DNA of 64,000 nucleotides from a virus: IMG/VR virus record IMGVR_UViG_3300045988_130745; one strand, 5' to 3'. Shown piece by piece: positions 62,229 to 64,000 of this stretch (position 1 is its first letter; each line of letters starts with the position of its first letter). The notes under the pieces were generated by a model. It saw only the letters and a program-made list of their open reading frames with translations, ran no database searches and was not told where the DNA came from. The position numbers and the translations under genes were made by a program.

Positions 62229-62257
62229 TTGACATATTGACAAAAGGGTGGTATAAT
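62229..62257 (+). promoter_or_regulatory. plus-strand promoter driving a structured RNA
   Basis: TTGACA 62229-34, 17 nt, TGG TATAAT 62252-57. Confidence 0.65.
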
Positions 62258-62263
62258 GGTATT

Positions 62264-62417
62264 GTGGAAGAGTGTTGACTATTTTTGGCCCGGTTAGTTA
62301 GTCATAACTAACTTTGCCCGGGTGAAACTAATTAGTGATGCCTAACCTCTGCCCGGGCGATTTTGCCCGGGAGTGAGTTAGTCGTGACTAACCATATGGT
62401 TCACTCCCTCCCCTTTT
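62264..62417 (+). ncRNA. candidate ~150-nt structured non-coding RNA with four GCCCGG(G) motifs
   Basis: No ORF. Hairpins GTTAGTTA-GTCA-TAACTAAC and GTTAGT-CGTG-ACTAAC. Outer stem GGGAGTGA/TCACTCCC followed by TCCCCTTTT. GCCCGG(G) at 62287, 62316, 62351 and 62365. Confidence 0.45.
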
Positions 62418-62423
62418 ATTATA

Positions 62424-62451
62424 ACATAAAAAATAGGGCTTGTCAAGCCCC
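62424..62451 (-). terminator. minus-strand terminator
   Basis: GGGCT/AGCCC stem with a plus-strand A-run upstream, downstream of minus gene 62455..62652. Confidence 0.45.
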
Positions 62452-62454
62452 ATC

Positions 62455-62652
62455 TTAAAATTTAACCCTCTTTTTCTCTGCGTAGCTACTACTCAAAATG
62501 AAGTTGTCATACTGGAAAAATTGTCTATTGCAAATATTGCAATGCGCGTTCCATATAGCTTGACAAGAAGAACCTTCAAAGAAAGAATCTTCAATAGAAT
62601 CAAGATTTGTGTTAGTGCTACCGCACCACGGACATTTAATTTCATTCTCCAT
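62455..62652 (-). CDS. small Cys4 zinc-ribbon protein
   Basis: ATG at 62652 (MENEIKCPWCGS...CNICN) lies 9 nt after AGGAGG, inside track ORF 62455..62748. Confidence 0.6.
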   Translation of the reverse strand: MENEIKCPWCGSTNTNLDSIEDSFFEGSSCQAIWNAHCNICNRQFFQYDNFILSSSYAEKKRVKF

Positions 62653-62908
62653 CTTCATCGTCCTCCTTTTCAATTTCGGTAAAACCGCAATCTTCCCAAA
62701 CTTTATCAAGGATTTCGTCTTGCAACTTTTGATATTCCCAAACATCATGAGCTAACAAAGCATCCATAAAGAGTTTCCAATAGGATTCAATATAGCTGTC
62801 TTTTATGACCTCAACAATATCGTCCTCTTCAATCATGTCATAACAACGATCACGGGCGGCATCCTCATCTTCAAAAATCTCACCATCATTATTTATCCAC
62901 TTAGTCAT
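62642..62908 (-). CDS. hypothetical acidic protein
   Basis: ATG at 62908 (MTKWINNDGEIF) after GAAAGGAGAA, inside track ORF 62642..62926. Confidence 0.6.
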   Translation of the reverse strand: MTKWINNDGEIFEDEDAARDRCYDMIEEDDIVEVIKDSYIESYWKLFMDALLAHDVWEYQKLQDEILDKVWEDCGFTEIEKEDDEDGE

Positions 62909-62937
62909 GTTTATTTCTCCTTTCATTTTCTATCATT

Positions 62938-62966
62938 ATTATACCACCATTTTCATTGATTGTCAA
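62938..62966 (-). promoter_or_regulatory. minus-strand promoter M4
   Basis: Reverse complement reads TTGACA (62961-66), 17 nt, TGG TATAAT (62938-43), then AATGATAGAAAATG. Confidence 0.65.
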
Positions 62967-63026
62967 GCCTGTTATTTATTTAACAATGTCTCACCCGGGC
63001 GAGTTAGGTATGACTAACTCCGAGTC

Positions 63027-63057
63027 AAAAGAAAAGAGGGTGAATCACTTCACCCTC
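63027..63057 (-). terminator. minus-strand Rho-independent terminator
   Basis: GAGGGTGAA/TTCACCCTC 9-bp stem with a minus-strand T-run. Confidence 0.7.
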
Positions 63058-63064
63058 GATTCTA

Positions 63065-63385
63065 TCAAGCCTTCTTCTTGGCGGCACGCTCCTGAGCCTT
63101 GCGCTCCTTTTCAGCGGCCTTTTCCGCGGCTACGCGCTCCTTCTCCTCGCGCTCAAACTCCCAATCACCGCAAGCCTGTTCAATGTCGAACGCAGGAACC
63201 TTGTCGGTGGCAATAGGATTGGCGCAAGTAAACGCAACCTTCACCCAGCAGGTCACACCGTCAACCTCGGTGGGCAGTGCGAAAGTCGATGCGCCAATCT
63301 GACGCGCACCTTCAGGCAGAATCATGCCGATGATGTTGGACTTAGCAGTGGACAGAATCTCGGACTTCTTCATAGTGGTAGCCAT
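63065..63385 (-). CDS. hypothetical protein, GC-richer than its neighbours, charged C-terminal tail
   Basis: ATG at 63385 (MATTMKKSEIL) after GGAGAAAGAGG, inside track ORF 63065..63490. The tail is EREEKERVAAEKAAEKERKAQERAAKKKA. Confidence 0.6.
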   Translation of the reverse strand: MATTMKKSEILSTAKSNIIGMILPEGARQIGASTFALPTEVDGVTCWVKVAFTCANPIATDKVPAFDIEQACGDWEFEREEKERVAAEKAAEKERKAQERAAKKKA

Positions 63386-63461
63386 AGCAAACCTCTTTCT
63401 CCTACACTTTCGGCAGTAGGCGCTCTGTGTTAAGTTTCGTTCTCTCTTTGAGAACATATTC

Positions 63462-63490
63462 ATTATACCATAAGTTGCGGAGTTTGTCAA
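63462..63490 (-). promoter_or_regulatory. minus-strand promoter M5
   Basis: Reverse complement reads TTGACA (63485-90), 17 nt, TGG TATAAT (63462-67). Confidence 0.6.
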
Positions 63491-63744
63491 GAGTTTTTTT
63501 TGAATTTTTCCTGTTGCTCTGTCGTTGAGCTATTCGCTCCTAAATGGGGCGAGTTCGGAGTTGAACCGTACCGCGTGCAGGTTTCGCTCTCTTGAGGTTT
63601 CCGTTCCCTTTGGAGTGATTATAGTATACCATATCCTTAGGAAAATAGACATAGACAAATCAATCAAGAACATGGACAAATGTTGCGTCGCGCCCGGGAG
63701 ATAGTCCCTTAAATGGGACTATCAATTTGAGGACGATTAAAGCC

Positions 63745-63909
63745 TTAATGCAAGTCGCTTAGATAATCGCGCACGGCAGAACAAATAAATTCTGTTGCAG
63801 CTTCATCATTGCGCATTTGATAGTCACTATAATCTACAACATGATTTGCAATGGTATTTCCAATCTGCAAAATACCTTCAAAAGGCTTGCCGCACACTTC
63901 AAAATACAT
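63745..63909 (-). CDS. small hypothetical protein (54 aa)
   Basis: ATG at 63909 after GGAGGC, 55 codons to TAA (63745-47). Below the track cutoff. Confidence 0.45.
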   Translation of the reverse strand: MYFEVCGKPFEGILQIGNTIANHVVDYSDYQMRNDEAATEFICSAVRDYLSDLH

Positions 63910-63910
63910 A

Positions 63911-64000
63911 TTAAGCCTCCAACAATTTTTTCATTTCAGCCATCATGTCAAAGAGTTCGTCAAACTCTTTTCGATTCAACCAAAGTTCGTTATAGCAATC
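63911..64000 (-). CDS. hypothetical protein, C-terminal fragment (5' end outside window)
   Basis: Minus frame is open from the window edge to TAA (63911-13): ...DCYNELWLNRKEFDELFDMMAEMKKLLEA. Confidence 0.4.
   Translation of the reverse strand, partial: DCYNELWLNRKEFDELFDMMAEMKKLLEA

Overview
This window is a segment of a tailed-phage genome with Firmicutes-style signals: strong AGGAGG-type RBSs and TTGACT-17-TGnTATAAT promoters. TAG is read as a sense codon, best fit Gln. About 70 in-frame TAGs fragment the standard-code ORF track. Re-stitching them gives the layout below.

- **2-4152:** nucleotide-metabolism genes and small genes.
- **4219-23322:** a late structural block. It holds many tail-fibre genes (three are collagen-like), three 5' homopolymer-tract fibre-tip cassettes, and a complete diversity-generating retroelement (VR/TR/RT).
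- **23363-60132:** a largely TAG-free block driven by about 17 near-identical promoter modules. It contains:
  - two tRNA islands (16 tRNA calls) with interspersed GIY-YIG endonucleases and long structured spacers;
  - an AT-rich island with a Cys/Asn/Gly-rich protein, two radical-SAM/SPASM enzymes and a YcaO (RiPP-like);
  - RNA-repair and translation genes (IF-1, RtcB, RNA ligase, HD hydrolase);
  - a 10-member tandem paralog array.
- **60230-60840:** a purine-rich non-coding junction.
- **61016-64000:** a minus-strand module with CCCGGG/palindrome elements and ORF-less transcripts.

I found no CUA-anticodon suppressor tRNA in the window. All coordinates were derived by hand from the sequence. 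Gene starts and homopolymer lengths need computational confirmation.
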